A stretch of DNA of 63,821 nucleotides, the filler included, from Acidimicrobiia bacterium (lineage in GTDB: Bacteria; Actinomycetota; Acidimicrobiia; Spongiisociales; JAENVV01), in the NCBI GenBank assembly GCA_041577335.1. It is 3 parts of 3 records of this genome, joined end to end, with 100 filler letters (N's around TTAATTAATTAA, not from the genome) between each part and the next. Parts side by side here need not be neighbours in the genome. Positions count along the whole stretch, not along the records: positions 1 to 26,429 come from JBFGJH010000045.1; 2 more parts are not named here. The stretch is one strand, 5' to 3'. The first letter of the stretch is position 1, and each line of letters starts with the position of its first letter. The notes below the pieces were generated by a model. That model saw only the letters and a program-made list of their open reading frames with translations, searched no databases and was not told the origin of the DNA. The position numbers and the translations under genes were made by a program. Shown here piece after piece: positions 1-9,697 of the stretch.

Positions 1-798
1 TATCTGCCGGTCTCTGAGCGGGTTTTGCGTCTGATCGACCTACCCGGCCTCGTGCCGGTGTTGCAGGCAGCAGTTTTGTGCCTGCCGGGTGCGGTTGTGT
101 CCCATCACGCCGCTGCCTCTCTTCATGGATTCCCGCGGCTGTCCGAAATGGCCGAGGTAACAGTTCCTCGTCATTGCACCCACCGCTTTGATGAGGTCGT
201 GGTCCATCGTGCTGACGACATTGGGACGAATTCTGTAATACGAGTTGCGGGACTTCCGGTGACCACGCCTGCAAGGACGGTATTCGACCTCGCCGCCACG
301 CTCTCGCATCGCCAGCTTGACCGTCTGGTTGAAGAGCTCTTGCTCACCAACGTCGTGGAACTCGAGCAGCTAGTTGCTGTCACTCGAGCCGTTGGGCGCC
401 GGGGCAAGACTGGCACTGGGCTCATGAGGCAGGTGCTCGAGAGGCGAGGTCGGGCCGACTACGGACCTGCATCGGTACTCGAGCGGAAGGGGCTGGCTGT
501 TCTTGCATCGTCTTCGAGCGTGCCGCCTGCTGAGCAGGAGTATCCGATCCCCTGGGCAGACGACGGCCGGAGATTCGATTTGGCGTACCCCTCGTACCGG
601 GTGGCCGTCGAGTGGGATAGCCGGCGCTGGCACGGAGCGTTGGATCGAATGGACAGCGATAGGCGGAGGGACCGCGACTGTGCGAGCAACGGCTGGGTGT
701 TGCTTCGGTTCACATGGGCTGATGTCCACGAGAGACCGGACGAGGTCGTGGCCTCAGTGCTCGATGTTCTCGCACAACGGGGTCGTTCTGTGGGCTGA
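1..798 (+). CDS. AbiEi-like/DUF559 (Vsr-like PD-(D/E)XK endonuclease) domain protein, 5' partial
   Basis: Frame open from base 1; motifs VVSHHAAASLHG, GLPVTTPARTVFDLA, RFDLAYP..RVAVEWDS..WH, DRRRD...GWVLLRFTW typical of actinobacterial AbiEi+DUF559 proteins. Confidence 0.85.
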   Translation, partial: YLPVSERVLRLIDLPGLVPVLQAAVLCLPGAVVSHHAAASLHGFPRLSEMAEVTVPRHCTHRFDEVVVHRADDIGTNSVIRVAGLPVTTPARTVFDLAATLSHRQLDRLVEELLLTNVVELEQLVAVTRAVGRRGKTGTGLMRQVLERRGRADYGPASVLERKGLAVLASSSSVPPAEQEYPIPWADDGRRFDLAYPSYRVAVEWDSRRWHGALDRMDSDRRRDRDCASNGWVLLRFTWADVHERPDEVVASVLDVLAQRGRSVG

Positions 799-917
799 AT
801 GTTGCACTTTTGAAACACTGAACCCCGGGTACAGCCCGGGGTTCAGCCACGATTCGTTCTGTGGGCTCAGCGTTGCAAAACTGAAACACTGAACCCCGGG
901 TACAGCCCGGGGTTCGG
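783..917. repeat. Two tandem ~64-nt palindromic units (period 71 nt)
   Basis: 783-846 and 854-917 share TCGTTCTGTGGGCT...GTTGCA....TGAAACACTGAACCCCGGGTACAGCCCGGGGTTC; unit 1 has a perfect 12-bp stem CTGAACCCCGGG/CCCGGGGTTCAG with TACAG loop (818-846). Confidence 0.95.
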
Positions 918-920
918 CTC

Positions 921-1307
921 TTAGTAATCGATGTCGAAGGTTTGGGCGGCGGCGGTCCAGTTACTGACGATGTTTTGGTGCATCATCAAGACCGCGAGGT
1001 TGCCCGTCACCTTGATCTTGCCGGTCATGAAGGCCGTTTGTGTGTTGAGGTCTCCCTTGGAGATCCCCGCCGCCGTCTCGTAGTCAGAAGCGATGGTGAC
1101 TTCGGGGCCTTCCATCTCGCCGAGGGCGATCTTGGCAGAGCCGTCGGCGATGTCGAGGTAGTAGGGGACGTCCCCGTCGTCGCCGTCGGTCACGATGAAC
1201 TGCACGCCGAGTTTGGTGGTCCCGATCGCGCCCTGGAACCCGTCATGGGTAGCCAACGCCGCAGTAAACGCGTCGGACCACTCTTCGGTCAGGAACTTCA
1301 CACCCAT
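921..1307 (-). CDS. SCP2 sterol/lipid-binding domain protein
   Basis: 128 aa; KFLTEEW N-terminus, GDLNTQTAFMTGKIKVTGN motif; AAGGAG RBS upstream. Confidence 0.9.
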   Translation of the reverse strand: MGVKFLTEEWSDAFTAALATHDGFQGAIGTTKLGVQFIVTDGDDGDVPYYLDIADGSAKIALGEMEGPEVTIASDYETAAGISKGDLNTQTAFMTGKIKVTGNLAVLMMHQNIVSNWTAAAQTFDIDY

Positions 1308-1580
1308 CTGCTCTTACTCCTTGAAATTGCTCCGAGCGAGGTTAGCACCGGTTAACGTGGCTCCCTGAGGCCGCCGGGCGTCACTCGATGCCGGCCCGGT
1401 GCGGCGCTCCACCATCGGTGATCGGGGCGGCGCTTGTCCACATGAGCTGTCCGGAGCGGCGTCGGTCCCACAGCCGTGAGAGCGAGGACGTCGAAAACCG
1501 CGATGCTCTGGCTTGTTCCGGCGAATGAGCAGCCTCGAGCTGACTCGATCCGATGCGGCCAGCTGGGCGGGCCGAATTGC

Positions 1581-3068
1581 CTACCTATAGAGGTTGTACG
1601 CTAGCTGGTCGTCATCGCCCGGCTTGGGCTCGCGAATCGACGGTGGAACCATCCCCGGCTGGAGCATGTATGCGGAGATCGCGTCGATATCGCGCGGGTT
1701 TGGTGGAGGGTCGGTTTCGGCCAGCCCGCAGCTCAGGACCGGGTCTGTGATCGTCGTACATGGATCCGATCCGCTGGAAAGAGTCGGATCGTACTCTCCT
1801 GGAGAGTGCACGGTGTCGCAGCTTCCGGATCCGACGTTTCCGGTGCAGCCGAACCAAGAGGTGTCCAAATACACCGGCCGGAAGCGCTGAATCCAGCAAT
1901 CCTGTCCTGCGGCGCAGCCTCCGTATGTGGTCGTCAATTCGATGGCCCACCCATAGCGGACTGCATTGCCCAGCCCGACGTCGAAGATCACGCCTCCGCC
2001 CCAGGAACTCAGGCAAGCTTCCATGGAAGCATGGTCGGACGTGCCTGGGCAAGCACCCGGCGCCAGGTATGCCCAGAGCGGTGTGTCGTCGGCGAAGTTG
2101 CCCACTGTGACCTCGATCTGGTTGCCGCCTCGGTTCAAGCGACCAGGAATGAAGGTGCCGGCAGCCGAGTAGGCGCTCGAACCGTCAAACAACCCGGATT
2201 GAAGGGCGGAACCGATGCCCGTCTGCACCTTGATCTGATTTGGTCCGGCGTTGAACGCCGGGCAGGAGGCGGTGTCGTTGATGGTAGCTCCACCTGTGAA
2301 CCTCGTGAGAGGATGATCAACTCCCGCCACGATATTCCAGGTCATCCTGCCATTGGTATCGGCATCGTTGCAGCGGGTAGTCGTCTCAACGTACGAGCCG
2401 TTGTATTGCGTGAATTCCTCCGTGCCATACATGCGCATGTCGGCATAGCCATAGTTACCGCTCGTGCCGCCGGCGCAAGGACCCCATTGGGGGTTGGAGC
2501 CCGATCGCAGACACTCGTAGTTATCACCGGAGAGATTCGAAGGAATCGCAAACGGCAGTACCGCTCCGCCCAGAAGCGACCGACCGCCGGCTTCGGCATT
2601 GGCCGAAGTGTCGATGGTGTCGACGCCGAACGTGCGCGCAAAGTACGTGTCTACCTCGATCGTCGGCGTGATGACTCGGGCCCGGTCGAGCGACGAGGTG
2701 TAGCTCACGCAGTCGGTGTTGGGGGCGACAACGACATATTCGGCCGGCCGACCAGGGTCGCAGTTGGCTTGTGACCAGTCGGGAGTGAAGGTCAGATTCT
2801 GGTTGACGATGTCCATCGCAGCCTCAGCGCCGTTGCAGGCCGCCCGAAACTCCGGCTGGGCCTGATTGCAGGTCGCCGTCGTCTGGGTCTGGGCCTTCTG
2901 CACCGCTGCCAGGGCACCGAAGTCACTGGAGTTCTGGTCGGCTCTCCGCTGGTTGACGCCGAAGCCCCAGTCCACGGCCAAGGCAGCAAAACCCATCAGC
3001 ACCAACAGGCTGGCCGCCACGATGAGCATCGTGGTTCCCCGCTCTTCTCGCAGAAGACGCCCAGCCAT
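1581..3068 (-). CDS. TadG-like pilus-associated protein (Tad N-terminal domain, Cys-rich exported region)
   Basis: EERG prepilin-like site, hydrophobic helix, ALAVDWG...QNSSDFGALAA Tad motif, VDTYFARTFG, LPFAIP; start overlaps tadE stop. Confidence 0.8.
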   Translation of the reverse strand: MAGRLLREERGTTMLIVAASLLVLMGFAALAVDWGFGVNQRRADQNSSDFGALAAVQKAQTQTTATCNQAQPEFRAACNGAEAAMDIVNQNLTFTPDWSQANCDPGRPAEYVVVAPNTDCVSYTSSLDRARVITPTIEVDTYFARTFGVDTIDTSANAEAGGRSLLGGAVLPFAIPSNLSGDNYECLRSGSNPQWGPCAGGTSGNYGYADMRMYGTEEFTQYNGSYVETTTRCNDADTNGRMTWNIVAGVDHPLTRFTGGATINDTASCPAFNAGPNQIKVQTGIGSALQSGLFDGSSAYSAAGTFIPGRLNRGGNQIEVTVGNFADDTPLWAYLAPGACPGTSDHASMEACLSSWGGGVIFDVGLGNAVRYGWAIELTTTYGGCAAGQDCWIQRFRPVYLDTSWFGCTGNVGSGSCDTVHSPGEYDPTLSSGSDPCTTITDPVLSCGLAETDPPPNPRDIDAISAYMLQPGMVPPSIREPKPGDDDQLAYNLYR

Positions 3069-3484
3069 CAGCAGGCCCCTCCTGGACCGAAGTTGGGATC
3101 TTGCTCGAGGTAAATGACTGCCCGGTCATCCAGGTTGAGGCTGTTGAAGACCGGCAAGAAGCCGGTGAGTCCGGTTGACGGCGATTGCACTCGCACGATG
3201 ACGGTGTCGCCGACCGCAGCACCGCCGTTGATGGTGACGGTGGCGTTGTCGCGGAAGGCGCCGGCCTTGATGGCGGCACATGTGGTGTTGACGATTGTGG
3301 TGTTGTCGGCGCCGATGGCGGCGACGCGGGCGCCTTCTCGGGCAGCATGGCGCAGATCGAGTTGGTTGGACAGAGCCCACCCGGCTTCCACCATCCCGAA
3401 GAGAAGCGTGAACAGGAGAATGGCGCTGATGGCAAACTCGATCAGCGCGGCGCCTCGCTCTGAGTCATGGCGACGAATGTGCAC
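3068..3484 (-). CDS. TadE/TadG family pseudopilin
   Basis: ERGAALIEFAI...FGMVEAG...AAREGARVAA motif; GTG at 3484 with purine-rich RBS chosen over ORF-track start. Confidence 0.9.
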   Translation of the reverse strand: MHIRRHDSERGAALIEFAISAILLFTLLFGMVEAGWALSNQLDLRHAAREGARVAAIGADNTTIVNTTCAAIKAGAFRDNATVTINGGAAVGDTVIVRVQSPSTGLTGFLPVFNSLNLDDRAVIYLEQDPNFGPGGAC

Positions 3485-3583
3485 GGTTCTTCCCTGATCC
3501 TTCCTGTCCCGACGGCTGCCCTCCCTGCGCGGGCAGCACACGCCGACAGAGGGACACTCCCACGTCCCCTAACTGTGGGGGAC

Positions 3584-3612
3584 ATCGTATCAGGAGAACG
3601 GCTCCGTGACAA
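3584..3612 (-). promoter_or_regulatory. Putative sigma70-type promoter for tadE-tadG
   Basis: Minus strand TTGTCA-N17-TACGAT about 100 nt upstream of the tadE start. Confidence 0.5.
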
Positions 3613-3656
3613 TGGGGAATTCTCACTTTCCGTGGCGAGTCGCTTGCGTTCGGTGG

Positions 3657-4421
3657 CTAGTTCTTCTGGCCCGTCAGACGCCGATTCTTGAACTTGGCCT
3701 TCATGTAATCCCGGTTCAAGAGTGCGATGAAGTCGATCGAGATGCTCTTGGGGCAGGCGCTCTCACATTCACCGTGGTTGGTGCACGACCCGAAGTACTC
3801 TTCCATGGTCTCCACCATGTTCTCGGCCCGGCTCCACCGTTCGGCCTGGCCCTGGGGGAGCAGGTTGAGGTGGGCCACCTTGGCCGCCGTGAACAACTGG
3901 GCTGCCGAGTTGGGGCAGGCTGCAACACAGGCACCGCATCCAATACAGGCCGCCGCGTCCATTGCCGCGTCCGCAGCATCTTTCGGCACCGGGATGAGGT
4001 TGGCGTCGGGCGCCGATCCGGTGGGCACCGTGATGTACCCGCCTGCCTCGATGATCCGGTCGAATGCCGATCGATCGACCGCCAGGTCTTTGAGAACGGG
4101 AAACCCGGCTGCTCGCCACGGCTCGATCATGATCGTGTCGCCGTCGTCGAACTTGCGCATGTGCAGCTGGCATGTCGCCGTTCCCAGCTGGGGGCCGTGA
4201 GCCTGACCGTTGATCATGAGCCCGCACGAGCCGCAGATTCCCTCCCGGCAGTCGTGGTCGAAGACGATTGGTTCCTTGCCGCTTTCGATGAGGCGCTCGT
4301 TCACCCGGTCGAGCATTTCCAGGAACGACATGTCGGGACTGATGTCGCGAGCTTCGTACGTCTCCATACGGCCCGGAGCCGCCGCACTTTGCTGACGCCA
4401 TACTTCCAGGGTGAGATCCAT
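3657..4421 (-). CDS. sdhB: Succinate dehydrogenase/fumarate reductase iron-sulfur subunit
   Basis: [33 protein letters not shown]e-S motifs; ATG overlaps sdhA TAA (TAATG). Confidence 0.95.
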   Translation of the reverse strand: MDLTLEVWRQQSAAAPGRMETYEARDISPDMSFLEMLDRVNERLIESGKEPIVFDHDCREGICGSCGLMINGQAHGPQLGTATCQLHMRKFDDGDTIMIEPWRAAGFPVLKDLAVDRSAFDRIIEAGGYITVPTGSAPDANLIPVPKDAADAAMDAAACIGCGACVAACPNSAAQLFTAAKVAHLNLLPQGQAERWSRAENMVETMEEYFGSCTNHGECESACPKSISIDFIALLNRDYMKAKFKNRRLTGQKN

Positions 4422-6343
4422 TACTTGTAGCTCCTCTGGGAAAGCTTCACATACTCGAACTCGAGAGGCTCTTTGTGGAGAATCGGTGCACCCGGATCGC
4501 CCGACCACTCCCACGCCGACGAATAGGCGTAGTCGTCGTCATTGCGCAACGCCTCACCTTCTTCGGTCTGGGACTCCTCGCGGAAGTGGCCACCGCACGA
4601 CTCGTTCCGGTCGAGGGCGTCCTTGCACATGAGCTCGGCCAGATCGAAGAAGTCGGCTACACGGTCGACCTTTTCGAGCGACATGTTGAGTGATTCGTTG
4701 GTGCCGAGCACTCTGACGTCGCTGCGGAACTCCTCCCGCAACGCGGGGATTTCGGCCAGCGCCTTCTCGAGGCCTGCCTCACTCCGCGACATGCCGCAAT
4801 GTTCGAGCATGATCTTGCCGAGCTCCCGGTGGAAGTGGTCAACCGTTCTGCTGCCCTTCACCGCCAGCCACCCTTCCATTCGATCGCGCACGTCCTGCTC
4901 GACTTCCTGGAAGGCGGCATCGTCGGTCGGCACGGGGTCCTCTCCAAGGAAGGGGGCGAGGTAGTCGCCGATGGTGTAGGGAAGCACGAAGTACCCGTCG
5001 GCCAGTCCTTGCATGAGCGCAGACGCACCCAGCCGGTTGGCTCCGTGGTCCGAGAAGTTGGCTTCCCCAATGGCGTACAAACCCGGCACCGTCGTCATGA
5101 GGTGATAGTCGACCCATAGGCCGCCCATGGTGTAGTGGGGAGCCGGGTAGATACGCATGGGAACCGCGTACGGGTTTTCGTCGGTGATCCGCTCGTACAT
5201 CTCGAACAGGTTTCCATAGCGAGCCTCGATCGTGTCCTTGCCGAGCCGCTCGATGGCATCGGCGAAGTCGAGGTAGACGCCGTTCGACAATGGACCCACG
5301 CCCTTGCCCTGATCGACCATGGTCTTGGCGTTTCGAGAAGCAACATCGCGCGGCACGAGGTTGCCGAACGCCGGGTATTTGCGCTCCAGGTAGTAGTCGC
5401 GATCCGACTCGGGGATCTCGTTGGGCGGTCGGTTGTCGCCGGCCTTCTTGGGCACCCAGATCCGGCCGTCGTTGCGGAGTGACTCCGACATGAGCGTCAG
5501 CTTCGACTGAAATTCCTCCGACGACGGAATGCAGGTCGGATGGATCTGCGTGAAACACGGATTGGCGAACGCCGCCCCTTTGCGGTGGGCGCGCCAGATG
5601 GCGGTGGTGTTGCAGGCCATCGCGTTCGTCGACAGGTAATACACGTTGGAATAGCCACCCGTGGCGAGCACCACTGCGTGGGCGCTGTGCGATTCGATGG
5701 CGCCCGTGACGAGGTCACGCGTGACGATGCCGACGGCACGGCCGTCTCTCACCACGACGTCGAGCATCTCGGTCCGATGGTGGAGGGCAACGGTTCCCAA
5801 GGCAACCTGACGGGCGAGGGCTTGATAGGCGCCGAGAAGCAACTGCTGGCCGGTCTGGCCGCGGGCATAGAAGGTCCGTGACACCTGGGCTCCGCCGAAG
5901 CTGCGATTGTCGAGCAAGCCTCCGTATTCGCGAGCGAACGGCACCCCTTGGGCGGTGGCTTGATCGATGATGTTCACGGAGACCTCGGCGAGCCGATAGA
6001 CGTTGGCCTCGCGCGATCGATAGTCGCCGCCTTTCACCGTGTCGTAGAACAGCCGAAACACCGAGTCGCCGTCGCCGTGATAGTTCTTGGCGGCGTTGAT
6101 CCCTCCCTGGGCGGCGATCGAATGGGCGCGCCGCGCCGAGTCGTGATAGGTGAACGCCTGGACGTTGTATCCGAGCTCGGCGAGGGTGGCGGACGCCGAC
6201 GCGCCGGCCAGACCGGTGCCGACGACGATCACCTTGAATTTGCGCTTGTTGTTGGGGTTCACCAGCTTCATCGAGAACTTGTGGTTTTCCCACAGCGATT
6301 CGATGGGACCTTCGGGAACTTTGGAGTCGAGTGTCAATGTCAT
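4421..6343 (-). CDS. sdhA: Succinate dehydrogenase/fumarate reductase flavoprotein subunit
   Basis: [11 protein letters not shown] motif, [27 protein letters not shown]; start MTLTLDS at 6343 after GAGAGG RBS. Confidence 0.95.
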   Translation of the reverse strand: MTLTLDSKVPEGPIESLWENHKFSMKLVNPNNKRKFKVIVVGTGLAGASASATLAELGYNVQAFTYHDSARRAHSIAAQGGINAAKNYHGDGDSVFRLFYDTVKGGDYRSREANVYRLAEVSVNIIDQATAQGVPFAREYGGLLDNRSFGGAQVSRTFYARGQTGQQLLLGAYQALARQVALGTVALHHRTEMLDVVVRDGRAVGIVTRDLVTGAIESHSAHAVVLATGGYSNVYYLSTNAMACNTTAIWRAHRKGAAFANPCFTQIHPTCIPSSEEFQSKLTLMSESLRNDGRIWVPKKAGDNRPPNEIPESDRDYYLERKYPAFGNLVPRDVASRNAKTMVDQGKGVGPLSNGVYLDFADAIERLGKDTIEARYGNLFEMYERITDENPYAVPMRIYPAPHYTMGGLWVDYHLMTTVPGLYAIGEANFSDHGANRLGASALMQGLADGYFVLPYTIGDYLAPFLGEDPVPTDDAAFQEVEQDVRDRMEGWLAVKGSRTVDHFHRELGKIMLEHCGMSRSEAGLEKALAEIPALREEFRSDVRVLGTNESLNMSLEKVDRVADFFDLAELMCKDALDRNESCGGHFREESQTEEGEALRNDDDYAYSSAWEWSGDPGAPILHKEPLEFEYVKLSQRSYK

Positions 6344-6354
6344 GTCGGTTCCTC

Positions 6355-7077
6355 TCAGGCCACGACGCCGGTGACGATCAGGAGCGGGAAGGCCACATTG
6401 CCGAGCACGATGATCGTGGCAAGGCCCTGCGCCAACCATCTCCGCCAGCGATTGAAGCGGGGGTTGTTGACGCCAATACTCTGGAAGAGGCTCCATGCCC
6501 CATGGAAGATGTGGAGTCCGAGGGCAATGTTGGCCACGATGTAGATGGCGGCAACCCCCACCCGGCTGAGTGAGGCGACCAGGTTCTCATACGGCATGCC
6601 CAGCTGGAAGTCAGGGTTGACGAAAGCCAATCCCCACGTGAGATCCGCCAGATGCCAGACGAGAAAGAGGAGCACGATCGTTCCCGACCATCGCATCGTC
6701 CTCGACGCGTAGTTGGCAGCCAGCCACTGACGGGGTTGCTGGTATTTGTCGGGGCGAGCCTTGGCGTTCACGTACGTGAGGGCATAGGCAGCGTGAATGT
6801 GCACGGCGAAGGCCGCGGCGAGGGGCAACCGCAGGAAGATCCACAGGAACCACGTGCGGGGGAAGATCGGCTCGCCGAAGTCGCGCAGGAACTCGCCGTA
6901 ATGGTTCATCTCTTCGGCGCTTTGGTAGAGGTGCAGGTTGCCGATCATGTGGGCCACCACGAAGGCCAAGAGAATGATGCCCGAGATCGCCATGGCGTAT
7001 TTCTTGCCGACCGGGGATCGGTACAGATCGACGATCCAGATACCCCTCGTCTTGGTTCGTAACTCGGTCAGTGCCAC
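6355..7077 (-). CDS. sdhC: Succinate dehydrogenase cytochrome b subunit
   Basis: Multi-TM protein with conserved His (HMIGNL, HIH, WHL, LHIFHG), first gene of the sdh operon. Confidence 0.92.
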   Translation of the reverse strand: MALTELRTKTRGIWIVDLYRSPVGKKYAMAISGIILLAFVVAHMIGNLHLYQSAEEMNHYGEFLRDFGEPIFPRTWFLWIFLRLPLAAAFAVHIHAAYALTYVNAKARPDKYQQPRQWLAANYASRTMRWSGTIVLLFLVWHLADLTWGLAFVNPDFQLGMPYENLVASLSRVGVAAIYIVANIALGLHIFHGAWSLFQSIGVNNPRFNRWRRWLAQGLATIIVLGNVAFPLLIVTGVVA

Positions 7078-7149
7078 GTGCCATCCTCTTTCTCGTGCGG
7101 AGCCATTATGGCAGCGCCCTGCGGGCCCTAGGTAGCCGATACCCGAAAG

Positions 7150-7240
7150 TTGTCCACAGGCAAGGAGTTTTTGGCCGTTTCACCTTGACACCGCGCGGCC
7201 GGGCAGCCACAATCACATCAATGTAATTACAAAGGTGTGA
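7150..7240 (+). promoter_or_regulatory. whiB promoter with DnaA box and palindromic operator
   Basis: TTGTCCACA at 7150-7158; TTGACA(7185)-N17-CACAAT(7208); imperfect 28-nt palindrome TCACATCAATGTAATTACAAAGGTGTGA at 7213-7240. Confidence 0.7.
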
Positions 7241-7252
7241 GAGGGACCCCCT

Positions 7253-7534
7253 TTGCAAAAAAAACTCATAGAAGCACTAGCGCTTCACGATTTGTCCTGG
7301 CAGGACTACGCAAATTGCCGAGGCGCGGATGCTGATTTGTTCTTTCCGGAGCGTGGGGCTTCGACTCGAAAGGCAAAGGCTATCTGTGGTGAATGCGAGG
7401 CGAAGCTCGAATGCCTCGAATTCGCAATTCAGCACAGTGAGAAGTTCGGGATTTGGGGCGGACTGTCAGAGCGTGAGCGGCGCAAGATCCGCAAGCAACG
7501 GGCAGTGGCGGCGCGGCAGCGAGAAGCGGTGTAG
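7253..7534 (+). CDS. whiB: WhiB family Fe-S transcriptional regulator (WhiB/WhiB2-like)
   Basis: Four Cys (WQDYANC, AICGEC, LECLEFA), FFPERGASTRKAK, FGIWGGLSERERR. Confidence 0.95.
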   Translation: MQKKLIEALALHDLSWQDYANCRGADADLFFPERGASTRKAKAICGECEAKLECLEFAIQHSEKFGIWGGLSERERRKIRKQRAVAARQREAV

Positions 7535-7601
7535 TCGAGCGCAGGCTCACAATGCTTGATCCAACGGTTCTAGACTTCGGCTGACCAAAGGAAGGGAAGT
7601 C

Positions 7602-8534
7602 GTGGAGACGGTTGGGATCGCCATCATCGCAGTCGGGGTCGCACTCATGGTGTTTGCGATTGCGACGAGGCGCCGGACGAAGGCTGCCACCGCGGCCATC
7701 ACCTCGGGCCAAGAGGCTCGTGTTGCTGACATCTCCGTCGAGCGCCCCCGTCCTGCCGTCTCGGCGTTTCACGTCGTTGGCCAGGAGGCCCAGGTGACTT
7801 TTGACGTGCCGCTGGCGGCCGACGGTCCCGATGACCTCATGAAAGAGCTCCTCGTCAATGAGGCGCTCGAAGTCACCCGCGAGAAGCGCCACCACCTACC
7901 GATCGACCAAGTGACCCAGGTGGTTGCGTTCGCAGGTCGAGAAGAGGTCACCGAGGTGGGGCGCGTCGAGCTACCCGCTCCCGGGAAGCTGCCCCCACCG
8001 CTCACGGGCGCGGCAGTGCTCGACCTCTCCGCGGTCGACATCGACCCTCTCCAAGAACAGTTCGAAGGCCGAACCGATGCAACTCCGCAGACCTCCTCGG
8101 CGAGTGCCGGAGAAGGTGACCTGCGGCCGGTGGGACAAGAGCTCAGGCTGCCGCGAGCCGTCGACGTGGGGCTGCGGGCGCAGGGCATTGATCCCGGCCA
8201 AATGACCGCGGGTGAGCTGGTGCGAGGCACACTCTCTGTCTTTGGATATGCGATCACCCAAGAAGACGACCATCAGTACCGCGCCGACCGGGCGGGATCC
8301 TCGACCATGATCTTCGAGGTTCCTCACGAGGCGGGTGGCTATCAAGAGTTGAGCGAGACCGCCATCCGCGACTTCACAATGCGCTTCCTGGCTTCCAAGG
8401 CCGATCGAGGCATGCTCGTCAGCGACAAGTTCGGCCCATTCGAGGTCTACGAGCGGGAGCGCAACGACTCGAGAGTCCGCTTCGTGACCCGCGAGCGCCT
8501 CCAGAACTTCCTGGACGGTTTGGCGCTCAGTTAG
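7602..8534 (+). CDS. Hypothetical membrane-anchored protein
   Basis: 310-aa ORF with GGAAGGG RBS, N-terminal TM helix, host-like codon usage. Confidence 0.75.
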   Translation: METVGIAIIAVGVALMVFAIATRRRTKAATAAITSGQEARVADISVERPRPAVSAFHVVGQEAQVTFDVPLAADGPDDLMKELLVNEALEVTREKRHHLPIDQVTQVVAFAGREEVTEVGRVELPAPGKLPPPLTGAAVLDLSAVDIDPLQEQFEGRTDATPQTSSASAGEGDLRPVGQELRLPRAVDVGLRAQGIDPGQMTAGELVRGTLSVFGYAITQEDDHQYRADRAGSSTMIFEVPHEAGGYQELSETAIRDFTMRFLASKADRGMLVSDKFGPFEVYERERNDSRVRFVTRERLQNFLDGLALS

Positions 8535-8563
8535 TTGGTCGACCGACTTTGGCTGCGGCCTCG

Positions 8564-8656
8564 GTTTCCTCCCCTCGCGGCGCCGAAGGCGGGGTGTTGG
8601 GGGTGGTGCTTCCGCCGGTAGGCGGAATCGGAGGGGGCCCGGAGCGAAGCGGAGGG
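8564..8656. repeat. REP-like multi-hairpin intergenic element (copy A)
   Basis: GTTTC(C)TCCC...GTGTTGGGGG..G-hairpin(CGCCGGTAGGCG)-GGGGGCC...GAGG architecture shared with 22486-22572. Confidence 0.6.
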
Positions 8657-8844
8657 TTGGTGCCTACCGGGAGGCGGGCGTCGTGTTGGTGGCTTCCCAC
8701 GTTGTCGCCGAACTCGCATACGCCCCGGCGATAGCCGAGGCCACGCCCCAACCTTCGCTTCGATCACTGGAGGAGGAGACGGGGCGCTCGCCTCCTCAGC
8801 TCGCGTTCACTCTCGGGAGGGAGAGATTGCTGGCTTTTATGGCG

Positions 8845-8870
8845 GGAACCAATTCACGGACGATGGCGTC
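8845..8870 (+). promoter_or_regulatory. Putative ECF (SigE/SigH-type) promoter upstream of tatA
   Basis: GGAAC-N17-CGTC. Confidence 0.55.
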
Positions 8871-8951
8871 CAAGAAGCGAAAGAAGGATGAGCCGCGCGG
8901 TGTGCGCCGACGGAGGGACTAGGGTTTGTATCCCGAAAGGAGACCGACACT

Positions 8952-9149
8952 ATGCCGCGTATCAGCGGATGGGAATGGCTCATCGTCGCTCTCATCATCA
9001 TTGTTCTCTTCGGTGCGAAGAAGTTGCCCGACCTGGCTCGCTCGCTTGGAGCGTCTGCCAAGGAATTCCGTAAGGGCATCGAGGCCGGCGCTACCGACGA
9101 CGAAGAAGATTCGACAATCACCGAGGCTTCCAAAAAAGAAGCCGAGTAG
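8952..9149 (+). CDS. tatA: Twin-arginine translocase TatA subunit
   Basis: EWLIVALIIIVLFGAKKLPDLARSLGASAKEFRKG; AAGGAG RBS. Confidence 0.95.
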   Translation: MPRISGWEWLIVALIIIVLFGAKKLPDLARSLGASAKEFRKGIEAGATDDEEDSTITEASKKEAE

Positions 9150-9151
9150 CC

Positions 9152-9177
9152 GGAACTATTTCATGTGCAGCCCCGTT
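9152..9177 (+). promoter_or_regulatory. Putative autoregulatory ECF promoter of sigE
   Basis: GGAAC-N17-CGTT, 16 nt before the sigma factor start. Confidence 0.65.
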
Positions 9178-9193
9178 AGGGGGGTAGGCCACC

Positions 9194-9697
9194 GTGGCTG
9201 AACACGTACCCCTGACTTGGGAAGAGGTCGCACAGACCCATGGGCGCAAGATCTACAACTTCGCTTATCGACTCACCGGCAATCCCGACGACGCCGCCGA
9301 CCTCGCCCAAGAGGTGCTCTTGCGGGTACGCCGTGGTCTCTCCAGCTACTCCCCGGGGTCGTTCGAAGGCTGGTTGTGGCGTATCACCAGGAACGCCTTC
9401 ATCGACGAAGTTCGCCGCAAGAAACGCCGTCCAACCACGGCGCTGCCCGAGGACATCGATCGCACCTCATTGGCCAGCACTCCAGCACCCGATGACGTGC
9501 TCGCCTCTATCAGGCTCGGCGACGACGTGCAGAAGGCACTCATGGCGTTGCCGTTCGACTTCCGAGAATCCGTGGTCATGTGCGATTTGATCGGCCTTTC
9601 GTACGATGAGATCGCGCTGGCGACCGAGGTGCCGGTGGGAACGGTGCGCTCTCGCATCCATCGAGGACGCAGGCTGCTGCGTGAGGCGCTGCAATGA
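9194..9697 (+). CDS. sigE: ECF sigma factor, mycobacterial SigE-like
   Basis: AYRLTGN..AADLAQE, PGSFEGWLWRITRN, GLSYDEIA...VPVGTVRSRIHRGR. Confidence 0.9.
   Translation: MAEHVPLTWEEVAQTHGRKIYNFAYRLTGNPDDAADLAQEVLLRVRRGLSSYSPGSFEGWLWRITRNAFIDEVRRKKRRPTTALPEDIDRTSLASTPAPDDVLASIRLGDDVQKALMALPFDFRESVVMCDLIGLSYDEIALATEVPVGTVRSRIHRGRRLLREALQ

Noticed and set aside
783..917. Mini CRISPR array
   Set aside because: Only two units of ~64 nt with a 7-nt gap, no spacer-length unique sequence and no cas genes.
3485..3600. c-di-GMP riboswitch upstream of tad genes
   Set aside because: Only a short GTCCCC/GGGGAC hairpin overlapping the predicted start site; no recognisable c-di-GMP aptamer core by eye. 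An Rfam scan would settle it.
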